A stretch of 64,000 bases of DNA from an uncultured Alphaproteobacteria bacterium. Lineage in GTDB: Bacteria > Pseudomonadota > Alphaproteobacteria > Rhizobiales > Methyloligellaceae. Below, piece after piece: positions 10,060 through 20,539 of the stretch. Within the stretch, counting starts at the first letter, position 1; each line of letters begins with the position of its first letter. Below the pieces are notes generated by a model, which made no database searches, was not told the DNA's origin, and worked only from the letters and a program-made list of their open reading frames with translations. Both the position numbers and the translations under genes were made by a program. The stretch lies in assembly GCA_963802845.1 (NCBI GenBank), contig CAWDKA010000014.1, positions 1,009-65,008 of the forward strand, read 5' to 3'.

Positions 10060-10362
10060 ATGCGAAACACCCTAAAAGCGCTTTGGAGTGGCGATTTTCC
10101 GCTCGACCAAGCCTTTTGGTACTACGCCATCGCCTATGGCACTATTGCCAACATTTTCGCGCAGGCGGCTGCCATCGCTGCGGTCCTCGCCGGCCTGCCT
10201 GCCGCTGTTGTCATCGGTCTCCACTTCCTTCCGCTTCCCTACGTCGTGATGGCTGTCGTCGGCGTTTGGCGCAGCGCCGACAAATACCGAGGGGACTCGA
10301 CATGGGCCGGCATCGCCAAAGCGGCGGTGATCGTCTGGGGGGCTTTGATGGTCTTCATCTGA
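10060..10362 (+). CDS. Small membrane protein
   Basis: LWSGDFPLDQAFW...VGVWRSA with three hydrophobic segments. Confidence 0.75.
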   Translation: MRNTLKALWSGDFPLDQAFWYYAIAYGTIANIFAQAAAIAAVLAGLPAAVVIGLHFLPLPYVVMAVVGVWRSADKYRGDSTWAGIAKAAVIVWGALMVFI

Positions 10363-10387
10363 GGCGGTGAGCCGATCGAGCCGCTGG

Positions 10388-10415
10388 AATGTCAGGGTGT
10401 GCCAAAAGCGGACGT
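10388..10415 (+). repeat. Hairpin repeat C (single, degenerate)
   Basis: aatgtcagggtgtgccaaaagcggacgt just after the stop at 10362. Confidence 0.6.
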
Positions 10416-10484
10416 GCGGGCAGCAATGCGTCCGAGCGCCAGGCATGTTCTCCAATGTTTCCCCGTCGCACCCCATATAGGGAG

Positions 10485-10700
10485 ATGGCTGGGGCAGTGG
10501 AGGTTGCTATGGTGGAATATCTGCTGGAGGCGAAGAAGTTCATCGACTGCGCGCGGGCGGCCTATAGCGCCGAGGCTCGTGATCAGGATCTCGACATGGC
10601 CGAGTGGTGTATTACCCGCGCCATCGAGGAAGCTGGGCACAAGCCCCCGCAACAAGCGGCGGTTAAGTCAACGGGTCAAGCGGGTGCCAAGCCGAACTAA
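10485..10700 (+). CDS. Small helical hypothetical protein
   Basis: EYLLEAKKFIDCARAAYSAEARDQDLDMAEW; start uncertain. Confidence 0.45.
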   Translation: MAGAVEVAMVEYLLEAKKFIDCARAAYSAEARDQDLDMAEWCITRAIEEAGHKPPQQAAVKSTGQAGAKPN

Positions 10701-10731
10701 GGATCGAGGTTGTCGGTAAAAGGGTCCATTG

Positions 10732-11841
10732 ATGCGGTGGTCACTGTCACTGGGGTCGATCGGTGGAACCGAGATCCGCATCCACGTCACCTTTCTGCTG
10801 TTCCTGGTCTGGCTTGCGGCAATCTATTACCGCGCTGGTGGTCCGGAGGCTGCCTGGCAGGGCACCATCTTTATCGCGCTAGTGTTTTTGTGCGTCCTGC
10901 TGCATGAGCTTGGTCACGTCTTCGCCGCGCGCCGCTACGGCGTCAAGACCCGCGACGTCACCTTGTGGCCCTTTGGTGGCATCGCCAGCATGGAGCGCAT
11001 GCCGGAAAAACCGTCCCAGGAGCTGATCGTGGCCCTCGCCGGTCCTGCCGTGAACGTGGTCATCGCCGCGGTGCTGCTGCTATGGCTCGGCACGAGCCTC
11101 GATCCGCAAAATCTGACCGCGATCGAAAATCCTACCGTGTCGCTCGCCGCAAAGCTTGCCGGCGCCAATATCATTCTCGTGCTGTTCAACATGATCCCGG
11201 CCTTTCCGATGGATGGCGGCCGCGTGTTGCGCGCGTTGCTTGCTATGCATGTGGGCAATGCGCGCGCCACTGAGCTTGCCGCCAGTATCGGCCAGGGCTT
11301 CGCGGTGGTTTTTGGCATTCTCGGCATCTTCTACAATCCGATGCTGGTCATTATCGCCGTTTTTATTTTCCTCGCGGCCTCCGGCGAAGCGGCCCAGGCG
11401 CAGCTTCGCGCCGTGGCGCAAGGGGCGCTTGTGTCGGATGCCATGATCACCAAATTTCAGTCGCTCGGCACCTCGGCGAGGGTTGGCGACGCTGCCGACG
11501 CGCTGATCCGCACCACCCAGACGGAATTTCCCATCGTGGATGAATCCGGATGCCTGCGCGGCGTGCTCACCCGCGACACCATGATCAAGGCGCTGAAGGA
11601 ACGCGGGCCTGACACGCCCGTGCTCGAGGTGATGCAGACCGACATTCCGACCGTGCCGGCGCGCGCCAAGCTAGATACTGCAGTTCGCCTCTTGACCGAG
11701 AAGGAACTGCCGGTACTCGGCGTAACGGATGCGGAAGGGCGCCTTGTCGGGCTGCTGACGGTTGAGAATCTTGGCGAGATGATGATGGTGCACACCGCCC
11801 TGCCTAAGACCTACCGCGCTTCGGAAAGATTCTTTCGCTAG
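10732..11841 (+). CDS. Site-2 protease (M50) with CBS pair
   Basis: HELGH zinc motif, NMIPAFPMDGGR, two C-terminal CBS domains. Confidence 0.92.
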   Translation: MRWSLSLGSIGGTEIRIHVTFLLFLVWLAAIYYRAGGPEAAWQGTIFIALVFLCVLLHELGHVFAARRYGVKTRDVTLWPFGGIASMERMPEKPSQELIVALAGPAVNVVIAAVLLLWLGTSLDPQNLTAIENPTVSLAAKLAGANIILVLFNMIPAFPMDGGRVLRALLAMHVGNARATELAASIGQGFAVVFGILGIFYNPMLVIIAVFIFLAASGEAAQAQLRAVAQGALVSDAMITKFQSLGTSARVGDAADALIRTTQTEFPIVDESGCLRGVLTRDTMIKALKERGPDTPVLEVMQTDIPTVPARAKLDTAVRLLTEKELPVLGVTDAEGRLVGLLTVENLGEMMMVHTALPKTYRASERFFR

Positions 11842-11901
11842 GTCATCCAATGAGCGTTTTTGCAGGGAGGCTATCGGATTCTCTGGCCTATAAACTCGCC
11901 G

Positions 11902-11995
11902 ATGTCCGCTTTGGGTCATTAGCGGACATTAGCGCAGGGATCAGGGATGTCCGCTTTACGCCACTAAGCGGACATGACGCCACTAAGCGGACATG
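11902..11995 (+). repeat. Hairpin repeat cluster D (doublet plus 19-nt tandem duplication)
   Basis: atgtccgct-ttgggtcatt-agcggacat, then atgtccgct-ttacgccacta-agcggacat; acgccactaagcggacatg is duplicated. Confidence 0.9.
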
Positions 11996-12146
11996 GTGGT
12001 GCTCTCGTTTCTGACCGCGACAGTGGTCACTGGCCTTGTGGTCTATGGCGGAGAACAGCAGGCTGGGCCACTTGCCGGGATGTTCACGAAGGACACCGGC
12101 GAGTAGGGTGCTCGGCCTTTGACCGCCCGGCGTGGGCGTTCCGCGA

Positions 12147-12221
12147 ATGTCCGCTACGGGTCAAAAGCCGACCGCAGTTCAGCTAAGGCGACCGTCCACT
12201 TCGTGCGAAAAAAGCGGACGT
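12147..12221 (+). repeat. Hairpin repeat cluster E (doublet)
   Basis: atgtccgct-acgggtcaaa-agccgacc and cgtccact-tcgtgcgaaaaa-agcggacgt. Confidence 0.8.
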
Positions 12222-12284
12222 CGCCAGCAGCTGTCGCTTGAGTTCAACTCGCCCACTAAGACCGTGTGTGCCGTATTCGCCACG

Positions 12285-12789
12285 TCATCGATCGCCGAAC
12301 ACGTCGGGAAACAGCGCAGAGGCGCCATCCATCTCGCCGGTTTGGCCATAGGACATGGGCTCGGCTTCGGAATCCAAAAGCTTGCCACCGATCACCTTTC
12401 CCAGCACCAGCACGTGGTCGCCGGCGGGGCATTCGCTCAAAACCTGGCACTCGAACCAAGCCAGTGCCTCACGCAGCAGCGGTAGGCCGAGGTGGCACGT
12501 CTTCCACTCTCTCCCAGCTAATTTGTCGGTGCGGGCGGGTCCGCCGTAGTGCTCAGCCAAGTCTAACTGACCCCTTCTTCAGCACGTTGACGCTGAACGA
12601 CCAACCCTCCTTCAGCAGCCGATAGGACGAATGATGCGGATTGATGCTCAAGGCCAGCAGCAAGGGATCGAAAGAGACCTGCATAATCCAGGCCACGGTG
12701 AAAGCATTGCGCACCTCTCCGTGGCCAACGCCTACGACGTAAACGCCTTGCGTCAGGCGTTTGAACAAGGCCGCGACGGAACGGTTCAT
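12285..12789 (-). pseudogene. Flavin reductase-like protein, frameshifted
   Basis: MNRSVAALFKRLTQGVYVV...QVSFDPLLLA continues in another frame as LAEHYG...GDHVLVLG; extra base in a G run at about 12571-12574. Confidence 0.8.
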
Positions 12790-13238
12790 GCGTCTCTCCA
12801 TAGCACTGTGAACGGCGCCAGCCAAAACGCCGGCTCCGGGGGCCGCAAACCTAGGAGCGTCCCGCGCTCCTAAAGGTCCTCGCCGCCGTTCCAGCAGCTT
12901 CGAAGGTCGCTCTCGCATCCTCGGCTGTCACGGCAACGGTCGTTTCTATGTGTGACAGGCTACCCCCGCCAGCCGCAGCCAGTATGGCAGAGGCTGCCGC
13001 TTTGTTGTCAGGGAATTCGCCAATGACAACCAGTCATGCGGGCCGAAGGTCAGGTACCAACCGATGAGCCTACCTCCGACACTCTGGAGAGGTTAGAGAC
13101 GGCTTCCTCGCGATTTTCGGGTTTTGCCATCATTCCCTTGATTGCGTCTGTCGTGAAACGACCTCGTGAAATGTAAACGGGCACGAACATCTCCTTGGTT
13201 GGGACTGCACAGGGTAGCGCGTTTTAGAACATTCCGGG

Positions 13239-13310
13239 ACTGCGGCTTTGGGTCAAAAGCCGACGTCACCGTAATAGAGCGATGAGTCCGCTTCGTGCCA
13301 GAACAGACGC
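13239..13310 (+). repeat. Hairpin repeat cluster F (doublet)
   Basis: ggct-ttgggtcaaa-agccgacgt and gtccgct-tcgtgccaga-acagac. Confidence 0.8.
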
Positions 13311-13531
13311 CAACTCGGGAGTGCCGCACTCAATGACCGACTGATCTGGATGCCCAGGGCCCTGAAGGTCTGACTCCGCGCCCTCTGAAGCGATTTTCGG
13401 CCCTCTGAAGCGACGTTCTCTGGGATCACGAGGCTTCTTGTTTGCCTGAATTAGAGTTAGCATCCTGATGGTGCGTGGGTGGCCCGGATCGGCAACCCCG
13501 AGGCTGCCGCAGAAAACGGATAGGCAGCAAC

Positions 13532-13771
13532 ATGGCTGATCCAAAAAGTTTTACCCAGCGCGAGGCCTACATCATCGCTCAAGCGCTTTATGAGTTCATT
13601 CGGCTTGAACAATCGAAGCCGAGAGATCTCCGCCGCTGGTCAGACGAGCAACATGCAATAGCAATCCTGCACGCGCGTTTCGACAACGAACTGGCAACCC
13701 TGGTGCAGTCTGACGAAGCTGCTGGTCGTCAGCCTCCCGACTGTGGGAGAACGGCGTCGATCGGTGGTTGA
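13532..13771 (+). CDS. Small hypothetical protein, paralog of 7781..8020
   Basis: MADPKSFTQREAYIIAQALYEFIRLEQSKP... Confidence 0.75.
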   Translation: MADPKSFTQREAYIIAQALYEFIRLEQSKPRDLRRWSDEQHAIAILHARFDNELATLVQSDEAAGRQPPDCGRTASIGG

Positions 13772-13857
13772 TCCTGTCCGCTAGGGTCAGTTGCTGACAC
13801 GAAATCAACGGATGCGACTGTCTGCTAAGGTCGGGCGCCGCGCTGAGGGAGGATGAC

Positions 13858-14847
13858 ATGGCTGACAAGTTCCGTGCGTTGCTCGTGACCAAAGATGACA
13901 ATCGGCAAAGCGTCGCGGTCACCGAGCTGACGGATGCTGATCTCATGGCGGGCGATGTCACCGTGGCGGTCGAGCACTCAACAGTGAACTATAAGGATGG
14001 CCTCGCGATAACGGGCAAAGCGCCGATTATCCGCAAATTCCCGCTCATCCCCGGCATCGACCTGGCCGGTAGGGTGCTGCGCTCGGACAACCCACGTTTC
14101 CAAGCGGGCGATCGGGTTGTGCTGAACGGCTATGGTCTGGGCGAGGTGCACCACGGCGGCTACGCCGAGCGGGCCCGCGTCAAGGGCGACTGGCTTATCC
14201 GGCTCCCTGAGAACATTTCGACCGGCAATGCCATGGCGATTGGCACTGCCGGCTACACCGCCATGCTTTGCGTGCTGGCCTTGGAAGACGCAGGCATCAC
14301 ACCAGACAGCGGCGATGTACTCGTGACCGGTGCTGCCGGTGGAGTGGGTTCGGTCGCGATCGCGCTCCTCGACAAGCTCGGCTATCGCGTTGTCGGCTCC
14401 TCCCGCCGGGCCGAGCAGGAACGCGACTATCTGCAAGGACTCGGCGCGGAGGAGATCATCGACGCTCGCGAGCTTTCCGGAGCTGGGGCCCCGTTGGACA
14501 AGGAACGCTGGGCGGGCGCCGTGGACTCGCTCGGCAGCCGCACGCTGGCCAACGTACTCTCGCAGACCAAATACGACGGCGCAGTGGCGGCCTGCGGCTT
14601 GGCGCAGGGATCGGACCTGCCCGTGACCGTCCTGCCGTTCATCCTGCGCGACGTGACGCTTGCGGGCGTGAACTCGGTCTTGACCCCGCGTGAGAAGCGC
14701 GAAGAGGCCTGGGGTCGTCTGGCGACGGACCTCGATCTCGGAAAGCTCAACAGCATGACGTCACGTGCGAGACTCGACGACGTGCCGGCCTTGGCGGCCG
14801 AAATCCTCGCGGGAAAAACGCGAGGACGGGTGGTCATCGATCTCTGA
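13858..14847 (+). CDS. acuI: AcuI/YhdH-family MDR oxidoreductase (acrylyl-CoA reductase-like)
   Basis: STVNYKDGLA, PGIDLAG, AMAIGTAGYTA, VTGAAGGVGS, PFILR. Confidence 0.88.
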   Translation: MADKFRALLVTKDDNRQSVAVTELTDADLMAGDVTVAVEHSTVNYKDGLAITGKAPIIRKFPLIPGIDLAGRVLRSDNPRFQAGDRVVLNGYGLGEVHHGGYAERARVKGDWLIRLPENISTGNAMAIGTAGYTAMLCVLALEDAGITPDSGDVLVTGAAGGVGSVAIALLDKLGYRVVGSSRRAEQERDYLQGLGAEEIIDARELSGAGAPLDKERWAGAVDSLGSRTLANVLSQTKYDGAVAACGLAQGSDLPVTVLPFILRDVTLAGVNSVLTPREKREEAWGRLATDLDLGKLNSMTSRARLDDVPALAAEILAGKTRGRVVIDL

Positions 14848-15765
14848 ATGCCGATCCTGGTGCGCGAGCGCCAATATAGGTCGGTACTACCTCCTCGACC
14901 GTTTTGGGTTGGATATTGAGCTCCCGGAGACCCGGCAGGGCACCGCTCGCGACGTTGTCCGCCTTGAGAAGATCAACTTGGCCGGTAGTGAGCGGTGGGT
15001 TTGGCAGGAGCTCGAACAGCCGCGCCTGGATCTCGGCTACCGCAAAGGGCACCGGTATGAGCAGTCGCCGTTTCCTCAGGAGGTGTAGCGTCATTACTGA
15101 CCAGCTCGCGCAGAGTGTACACTACGGGACCGGCAAGCTCGTAGGTTTGGCCGACGGTTCGGGGGTCGGTGAGTATACGGGCGACAGCCTCCGCCACGTC
15201 TTCCACAAAGACTGGCTGCAGTCGGGTATGGCCGCCGCCAATCAGCGGCAGCACCGGAAGCAGCCGGGCGAGGTCGGCGAGCGTGCCGAATAGGGCGTCG
15301 CCCTGACCGAACATGGCGCCTGGGCGAACAATCGTAGCTCCTGGAAACTCCTGCCGGACGACCTGTTCGCCCCGTCCTCGAGCCCGGATGTAAGGAGGAC
15401 CCCGAATCGGCATCCGCGCCGATGCCGGAGACAAGCACGAGGCGGGCGACGCCGGCCGCGACAGCCTCCCGCGCTACGGTCTCCGCTCCTTGCACGTGCA
15501 CGGCCTCGAAGGTCACACCACCCTTCTTGACATAGGCCGAGACCGTATTGACTACGGCGTTAGCTCCCGCAATGGCGGCGGCGACCGAGGCTTGATCGCG
15601 CACATCGGCGGGGACAACCGTAACCCGGTCGAAACCCATCAATCGCCGCGCCGGGTCCGGATGCCGCACAGCGACGCGTACAGTCATGCCCTCGATGGCC
15701 AGGCGGTGCACCAGTCGCTGACCGAGGAAACCCGCACCGCCGAACACCACAACCGTGGTCATCAT
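14834..15765 (-). pseudogene. Complex I NDUFA9-family NAD-dependent epimerase, two frameshifts
   Basis: VFGGAGFLG N-terminus, YIRARGRGE...QPVFVEDVA middle and LLPNPPLTTGQVDLL C-terminus lie in three ORFs (breaks near 15395 and 15093). Confidence 0.8.
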
Positions 15766-15841
15766 TTGCTCCGGCACGCTGGGCCGATGTTCGAAACGTC
15801 AACTCTTTGCGCTATAATAAGCAAGCACCGGATTGAATTAC

Positions 15842-16564
15842 ATGCAGACCAGTCTTGCAGGCAAAGTGGCCATCGTAACGGGCGTGAGCGGCGACGGACA
15901 GGTTGGCCAAGCCGTCGCCAAAGCGCTGGCAGAAAACGGCGCTCAGCTAGTGATTTGTGCGCGCAAGCAAACCAACGTTGAAGCCCGGGCCAAAGAGCTA
16001 CGAGAGATAGGCGCCCGCGTGTTCGCTATGGTTGGGTCTTTGACCGATGAGGTTCAGGTCCAGCGGTTGATCGAGGGCACCGTAAGTGAATACGGCCGGA
16101 TCGACCTTCTGGTGAACCTAGCAGGAGGCCTCAGCCGCTATAAGACTGCGGTCGAGCACACTCTCGATGATTGGCGTGCGGAGGTCGACAACAACCTGTT
16201 GAGTGCGTTTTTGACGTCACGCGCAGTCTTTCCGCACATGCAGAACGCGGGAGGCGGTATCATCATCAACTTCGCACGGGCTGGCCAGGCTCAGGCCAAC
16301 ATGGTCGCATATAACTGCGCAAAAGCGGGAATTGAGGCGCTTACCCGTACACTCGCGCTCGAGGGAAGAGATCTCGGTATCCGTGTGAACGCGATTGCGC
16401 CAGGGCTTGTGGACACGGCGTCGAACATCGCCGCGATGAAACCAAAAGACCTGAAGCGGTGGACCAAACGCGAAGATATCGCCGAGACCGTGGTCTTCCT
16501 TGCCTCGCCAGCCGCCGCCGGCATTACCGGTCAGGTCGTTGCCGTCACCGGCTGGGGATTATAG
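15842..16564 (+). CDS. Short-chain dehydrogenase/reductase
   Basis: VAIVTG, LVNLAG, YxxxK (YNCAK), IRVNAIAPG. Confidence 0.9.
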   Translation: MQTSLAGKVAIVTGVSGDGQVGQAVAKALAENGAQLVICARKQTNVEARAKELREIGARVFAMVGSLTDEVQVQRLIEGTVSEYGRIDLLVNLAGGLSRYKTAVEHTLDDWRAEVDNNLLSAFLTSRAVFPHMQNAGGGIIINFARAGQAQANMVAYNCAKAGIEALTRTLALEGRDLGIRVNAIAPGLVDTASNIAAMKPKDLKRWTKREDIAETVVFLASPAAAGITGQVVAVTGWGL

Positions 16565-16616
16565 CGCAGACTGTGACACGGGCGGCCAGCGCATCCACGG
16601 GCCGTCACAAGAGCTT

Positions 16617-17027
16617 TCACCGTGCTTCTCCGATCCGCGCCGTGCCCGAGCGGCCGTCATTGCGCAGCCAACTGACCGCCTTGCCTCTAAGGGTGAGCTT
16701 GTAGCAATAGGACTTGCCGTCCATCCAGCTGGTCCAGCGCTGGCAGAGCTGATCGCCTGAGATCCACCATTTGCCGCGGTCAGAGGCACCGTCGCCCCGC
16801 GCCAAGGCGGCTGCGACCGTGCTCATGCTCCCCGTCATGCTGCCGCCGGCCGAATAGCGGATGGGCAGCTCGAAGCCTGAAATCTTGAGATAAACGGTCT
16901 TGCCGCTCACAGTCTTACGCAGCACATTCCCCGCAAGCGCGGCTTCGCCAGCGGCTGTCTCGGGGGGTGGTGCGCCCAGGGCAAGCGTGGCAAACGTCGC
17001 CAAAGCGATAAGAGTTGTCTTGAACAT
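16617..17027 (-). CDS. Secreted hypothetical protein (DUF995-like beta fold)
   Basis: Signal peptide; DRGKWWISGDQLCQRWTSWMDGKSYC. Confidence 0.75.
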   Translation of the reverse strand: MFKTTLIALATFATLALGAPPPETAAGEAALAGNVLRKTVSGKTVYLKISGFELPIRYSAGGSMTGSMSTVAAALARGDGASDRGKWWISGDQLCQRWTSWMDGKSYCYKLTLRGKAVSWLRNDGRSGTARIGEAR

Positions 17028-17120
17028 CGGATCAACCTCCAGCCTGCCATGCGCCTTCCTCGAAGTCGGCAGTTCTGTGGAGCGGAAGCAGTTCCGCTCA
17101 CTCACCACGCGGCTGAGAAT

Positions 17121-17227
17121 TTCCGGAAAGGGGGCATGCACGAAGTTGGCACGGTAGCTTTACCGTCAGCGCCCAGTTCGGCGTGCCAGTAGCTTTACAT
17201 ATGGGTCTGACTAGAGGCATTACAAGC
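17121..17227 (-). promoter_or_regulatory. Promoter plus structured leader element, copy 3
   Basis: Minus strand CTTGTAA...CCCATAT then ggca-cgcc-gaactg-ggcg-ctga-cggta-aagc-taccg-tgcc; homologous to 25706..25817 and 43171..43283. Confidence 0.7.
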
Positions 17228-17322
17228 TATGCGCGTGAAATAGTATGGTCGCTAGCAGAAGTTGAACGCGTTGGAGGAGCGCAAATTGACGTGCCATTCC
17301 GCGCAAACACCCTTGGCTGTCA

Positions 17323-17350
17323 ATGTCCGCTTAGGGGTCAGAGAGTACAT
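17323..17350 (+). repeat. Hairpin repeat G
   Basis: atgtccgct-taggggtcag-agagtacat beside the stop of the ferredoxin remnant. Confidence 0.65.
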
Positions 17351-17354
17351 CTGC

Positions 17355-17627
17355 TCAGTCGCCCTCACCCGGCTTGGCCGAAAAGTACTTGTCGAATTTC
17401 CCGGTCTCGTCCCAGTAGGCCCGGGCGTCCTTGGGCATGTCCTTCTTGACCGTGATGTTCGGCCACTTCTGCGCGTATTCGCGGTTGAGCCCGAGCCACT
17501 TCTCGAGGCCAGGCTCGGTGTCCGGCTTGATAGCGTCGACCGGGCACTCGGGTACGCACACCCCGCAGTCGATGCACTCGTCGGGGTGGATGACGAGCAT
17601 GTTCTCGCCTTCGTAGAAGCAGTTGAC
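17355..17627 (-). pseudogene. 5'-truncated FdxA ferredoxin
   Basis: Begins [24 protein letters not shown]; lacks the first Cys cluster present in 45641..45976. Confidence 0.85.
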
Positions 17628-17861
17628 GCGTAACAAGGAAACATGCGAGCCGTCGTGCTGAGCGCTATTGAAGCCTGGATGCACAAACCTGGACAGGCCG
17701 CGTATCCCCGAACTCGAGTTCGCGGTCGGGGCGGCGTGCGACGAAGCGCACGGAGATCGGCTCTCCGCTCATCTCGGGCAGTTAGACCGCCTCTGCCGCG
17801 AATTTGGATCTGCGAACAGGTCATCGATCGCCTGAGTGAGAGGGCTGATCTCTTTGCAGGC

Positions 17862-17993
17862 CTATCGAGGTCTGGCGGTGGTATCGACGACCTCAAAGTC
17901 ATGGGTGATTGTGGCCGTCTTGGCGATCATTGCCGATGCCGAGCAATATTTCTCGACTGACAGCACGATGGCACGCCCAACCTTCTCCGGTGC
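17862..17993 (-). pseudogene. C-terminal fragment of an OsmC/YhfA-family protein
   Basis: KVGRAIVLSVEKYCSASAMIAKTATITHDFEVV. Confidence 0.75.
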
Positions 17994-18019
17994 GGCCTCG
18001 ACGTCGGCGCTCCCTAACT

Positions 18020-18331
18020 TTACGCTCGCATTGCCCTGTCGGCGATGCACGCCAAGACAAAGTCCTCTGCTGTTTCGGGCCACGAATGGAAACCGATCTG
18101 CCGGAACATTTCGCTATGCTGCTCGGAGTCCATGTAGTCGTCCCGAAGGGAGCCATAAGCATCAAGAAGGTCGGGTGCGACGGTCGCGACCGATGCGGCC
18201 AGTTTATCGAGCAGTGCAGCCGCCTCCAGGTTTCGACTGTCCTCTGGGTACTCGGCAGCTTTGGAGCGACGCCAGTCGGCGGTTTGCTCAAAGTCCAGTC
18301 TCAGCGCCTCCCTTATTTCGTCATCGGTCAT
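18020..18331 (-). CDS. Hypothetical protein
   Basis: GGAGG RBS; MTDDEIREALRLDFEQTADWRRSKAAEYPEDSRN... Confidence 0.65.
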   Translation of the reverse strand: MTDDEIREALRLDFEQTADWRRSKAAEYPEDSRNLEAAALLDKLAASVATVAPDLLDAYGSLRDDYMDSEQHSEMFRQIGFHSWPETAEDFVLACIADRAMRA

Positions 18332-18550
18332 CTTGTGCCCTCCGGCCAAGTCGATCGGATTAGGCCGGTACCGTGGTGCGGGGGTACACAGAAGAGGGGC
18401 ACCGGCCCTAACCAGCGACCCCAGCAACGCGTGGAGTTTAACCCTCTTTGGGTTGCGTGTCGCATCGAGCATCCGAAGTGCCGGGCATCTACGCCAAGGC
18501 GCGGCCATTTTTATGTGCGGTTCTTGCCGGCGTCAGGTAAATACGATCCG

Positions 18551-18991
18551 CTAGCCCTGACGCCAAGGCAGACCAGCCGCCTTCCAGCCTCCAACGGAGC
18601 CGCGTTGCCCATCGTCGTCGAGCGGACCTTCAAAACCGCCGGCGACGTTGTGACAGGCCCGATAGCCCGCCTCCGCCATCGCCTTGGCCGCAGCCAGGCT
18701 CCGCCCTCCCGAACGGCAAATGAAGAAGAGATCGTCATTCAATTGAGCGCCAAGCGCCCTAAGCTCGCCGGCAAGACGCTCCACAAAGCGAGGATCCACG
18801 GCCTGATCAGGAAAGGTCTGCCATTCGACGAGCACAGCCCGCTTGCCTATGGCTTCGAGATCAGGAATCCCGACATAGGTCCATTCCGCGCGTGTGCGGA
18901 CGTCAATCAGCTGCGCGCCCGGACGCGAGACGAGGCTTTGCCAAGTCGTGTCGACATCGACAGCGTCGACCGGTTTACCGGCGTTCTGCAT
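18551..18991 (-). CDS. Rhodanese-like sulfurtransferase
   Basis: LIDVRTRAEW, ICRSGGRS, GGFEG, GWKAAGLPW. Confidence 0.9.
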   Translation of the reverse strand: MQNAGKPVDAVDVDTTWQSLVSRPGAQLIDVRTRAEWTYVGIPDLEAIGKRAVLVEWQTFPDQAVDPRFVERLAGELRALGAQLNDDLFFICRSGGRSLAAAKAMAEAGYRACHNVAGGFEGPLDDDGQRGSVGGWKAAGLPWRQG

Positions 18992-19210
18992 GCTCAAATG
19001 ATAATTCTTCCCTAGTTTCAGTTGATCTTTGTGCTCCAGCCGTGGGCCCACCAACTTAACCGTGAGCCGACGATGTGCTCAGCCGAGGTCAGTTGGGCCC
19101 GCTAACATCGATATATGATACATAGCGGTAAGGACAATTCTGGGGCCAGGCTTAGGGAAATCAAATCTACCTTCCGGGTTTCTGTCCCTCGGCGATAGCG
19201 TGCAGGCAAG

Positions 19211-20145
19211 ATGACCAATGTTCAGCCCAAACGCGTGGTGTCCCTGATTGCGAGTGCGACGGAGATCATCTGTGCGCTCGGCGCCCGCGACCTCCTTGTC
19301 GGCCGTTCCCATGAATGCGACTTCCCGCCTGAGGTAACGCGCTTGCCTGCCCTCACGGAGCCGAAATTCTCGGTGACCGGCACAAGCTACGACATCGACG
19401 GCCGCGTCAAAGCCATCCTGCAGGAAGGGCTCTCGGTCTATCGCATCGATGCGGAGAACCTCGAAGCACTTAGGCCCGATATCATCGTCACCCAGGACCA
19501 TTGTGAGGTATGTGCTGCAAGCCTCAAAGACGTAGAGGCGGCGCTCTGCGCGTGGGGTGGACGGAAGGTGGAGATCGTATCGCTTAAGCCCGACGGCCTC
19601 GCCGACATTTGGGAGGACATCACTAAAGTTGCTCGCGCGCTTGGGTGCGCGAACGCCAAGGCGAGAGCCTGGTGGAACAGCTGAAGGCGCGCATGGCCAG
19701 CATCGCGGAGCAAACCGGCGCGGCGCGAACGCGCCCGCGCGGGGCCCTGATCGAGTGGGTCGATCCGCTGATGGCCGGTGGCAATTGGATGCCTGAGCTC
19801 GTGCAGATGGCCGGTGGCGAGGATTTGTTTGGCGCGGCAGGCCAACCGTCGCTCTGGCTCGATTGGGACGAGGTTGTTGCCGCCGACCCGGATATCATTC
19901 TCGTGCACCCTTGCGGCTTCGACATGGCGCGGACGCTTCAGGAGATGCCGCTGCTTGAGCACCAATCCGACTGGTACGAACTGAAGGCCGTGCAGCGCGA
20001 CCGCATCTTCGTCGCGGATGGCAATCAGTATTTCAACCGCCCCGGGCCCCGCATCGTCAAAAGTCTGGAAATCCTGGCCGAGATCGGATCGCGGAGACTT
20101 GGGATGACGGCGCCTAAGGGCCAGCTAGCCCGGCGCGGCGGATAA
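19211..20145 (+). pseudogene. Cobalamin/Fe-siderophore-type periplasmic binding protein, frameshifted
   Basis: [12 protein letters not shown]...[10 protein letters not shown] joined across a frameshift near 19647 to EWVDPLMAGGNW...YFNRPGPR. Confidence 0.8.
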
Positions 20146-20539
20146 GCGACTGAGTGGTCATAATGAACTTGACGCACGTGGAGGGGTCGACGATCACGAG
20201 GCGTTCGGCATTGCCGTCGCACTGTAAAAGAAACGACTGGCGCTCGGAGGTGTCGATATGCGCCATCTGCCGAGGGTTTATGACAGCCTCAAAGCCCGCT
20301 GCTGACTTACCGTCGTCCGTGGGGTCCCAGAGCACCAATTGGGTAGCGCAGTTACCACTGTCTGGCTCATAGAACGCTATGACCCGTTTGCTGCCAGACC
20401 AGGCGAGGATGGGCTCGTGCGGTCCGACTGGCCCTAGATTATCGACTAGATCATCGGCACGAGCGGGGAGGCTAGCAGCGGTAAAGGCGACAAGCGCACC
20501 TGCCGCAGCCAAACTTAGGATGCGACTGAACGGGAACAT
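20114..20539 (-). CDS. Secreted hypothetical protein
   Basis: Signal peptide ending ARA; NLGPVGPHEPIL...GSKRVIAFY. Confidence 0.7.
   Translation of the reverse strand: MFPFSRILSLAAAGALVAFTAASLPARADDLVDNLGPVGPHEPILAWSGSKRVIAFYEPDSGNCATQLVLWDPTDDGKSAAGFEAVINPRQMAHIDTSERQSFLLQCDGNAERLVIVDPSTCVKFIMTTQSLIRRAGLAGP

Noticed and set aside
11902-11995. Hairpin clusters as integron attC sites or classic REPs
   Set aside because: No RYYYAAC/GTTRRRY ends, no GTAG tag, and no intI or RAYT gene in the window.
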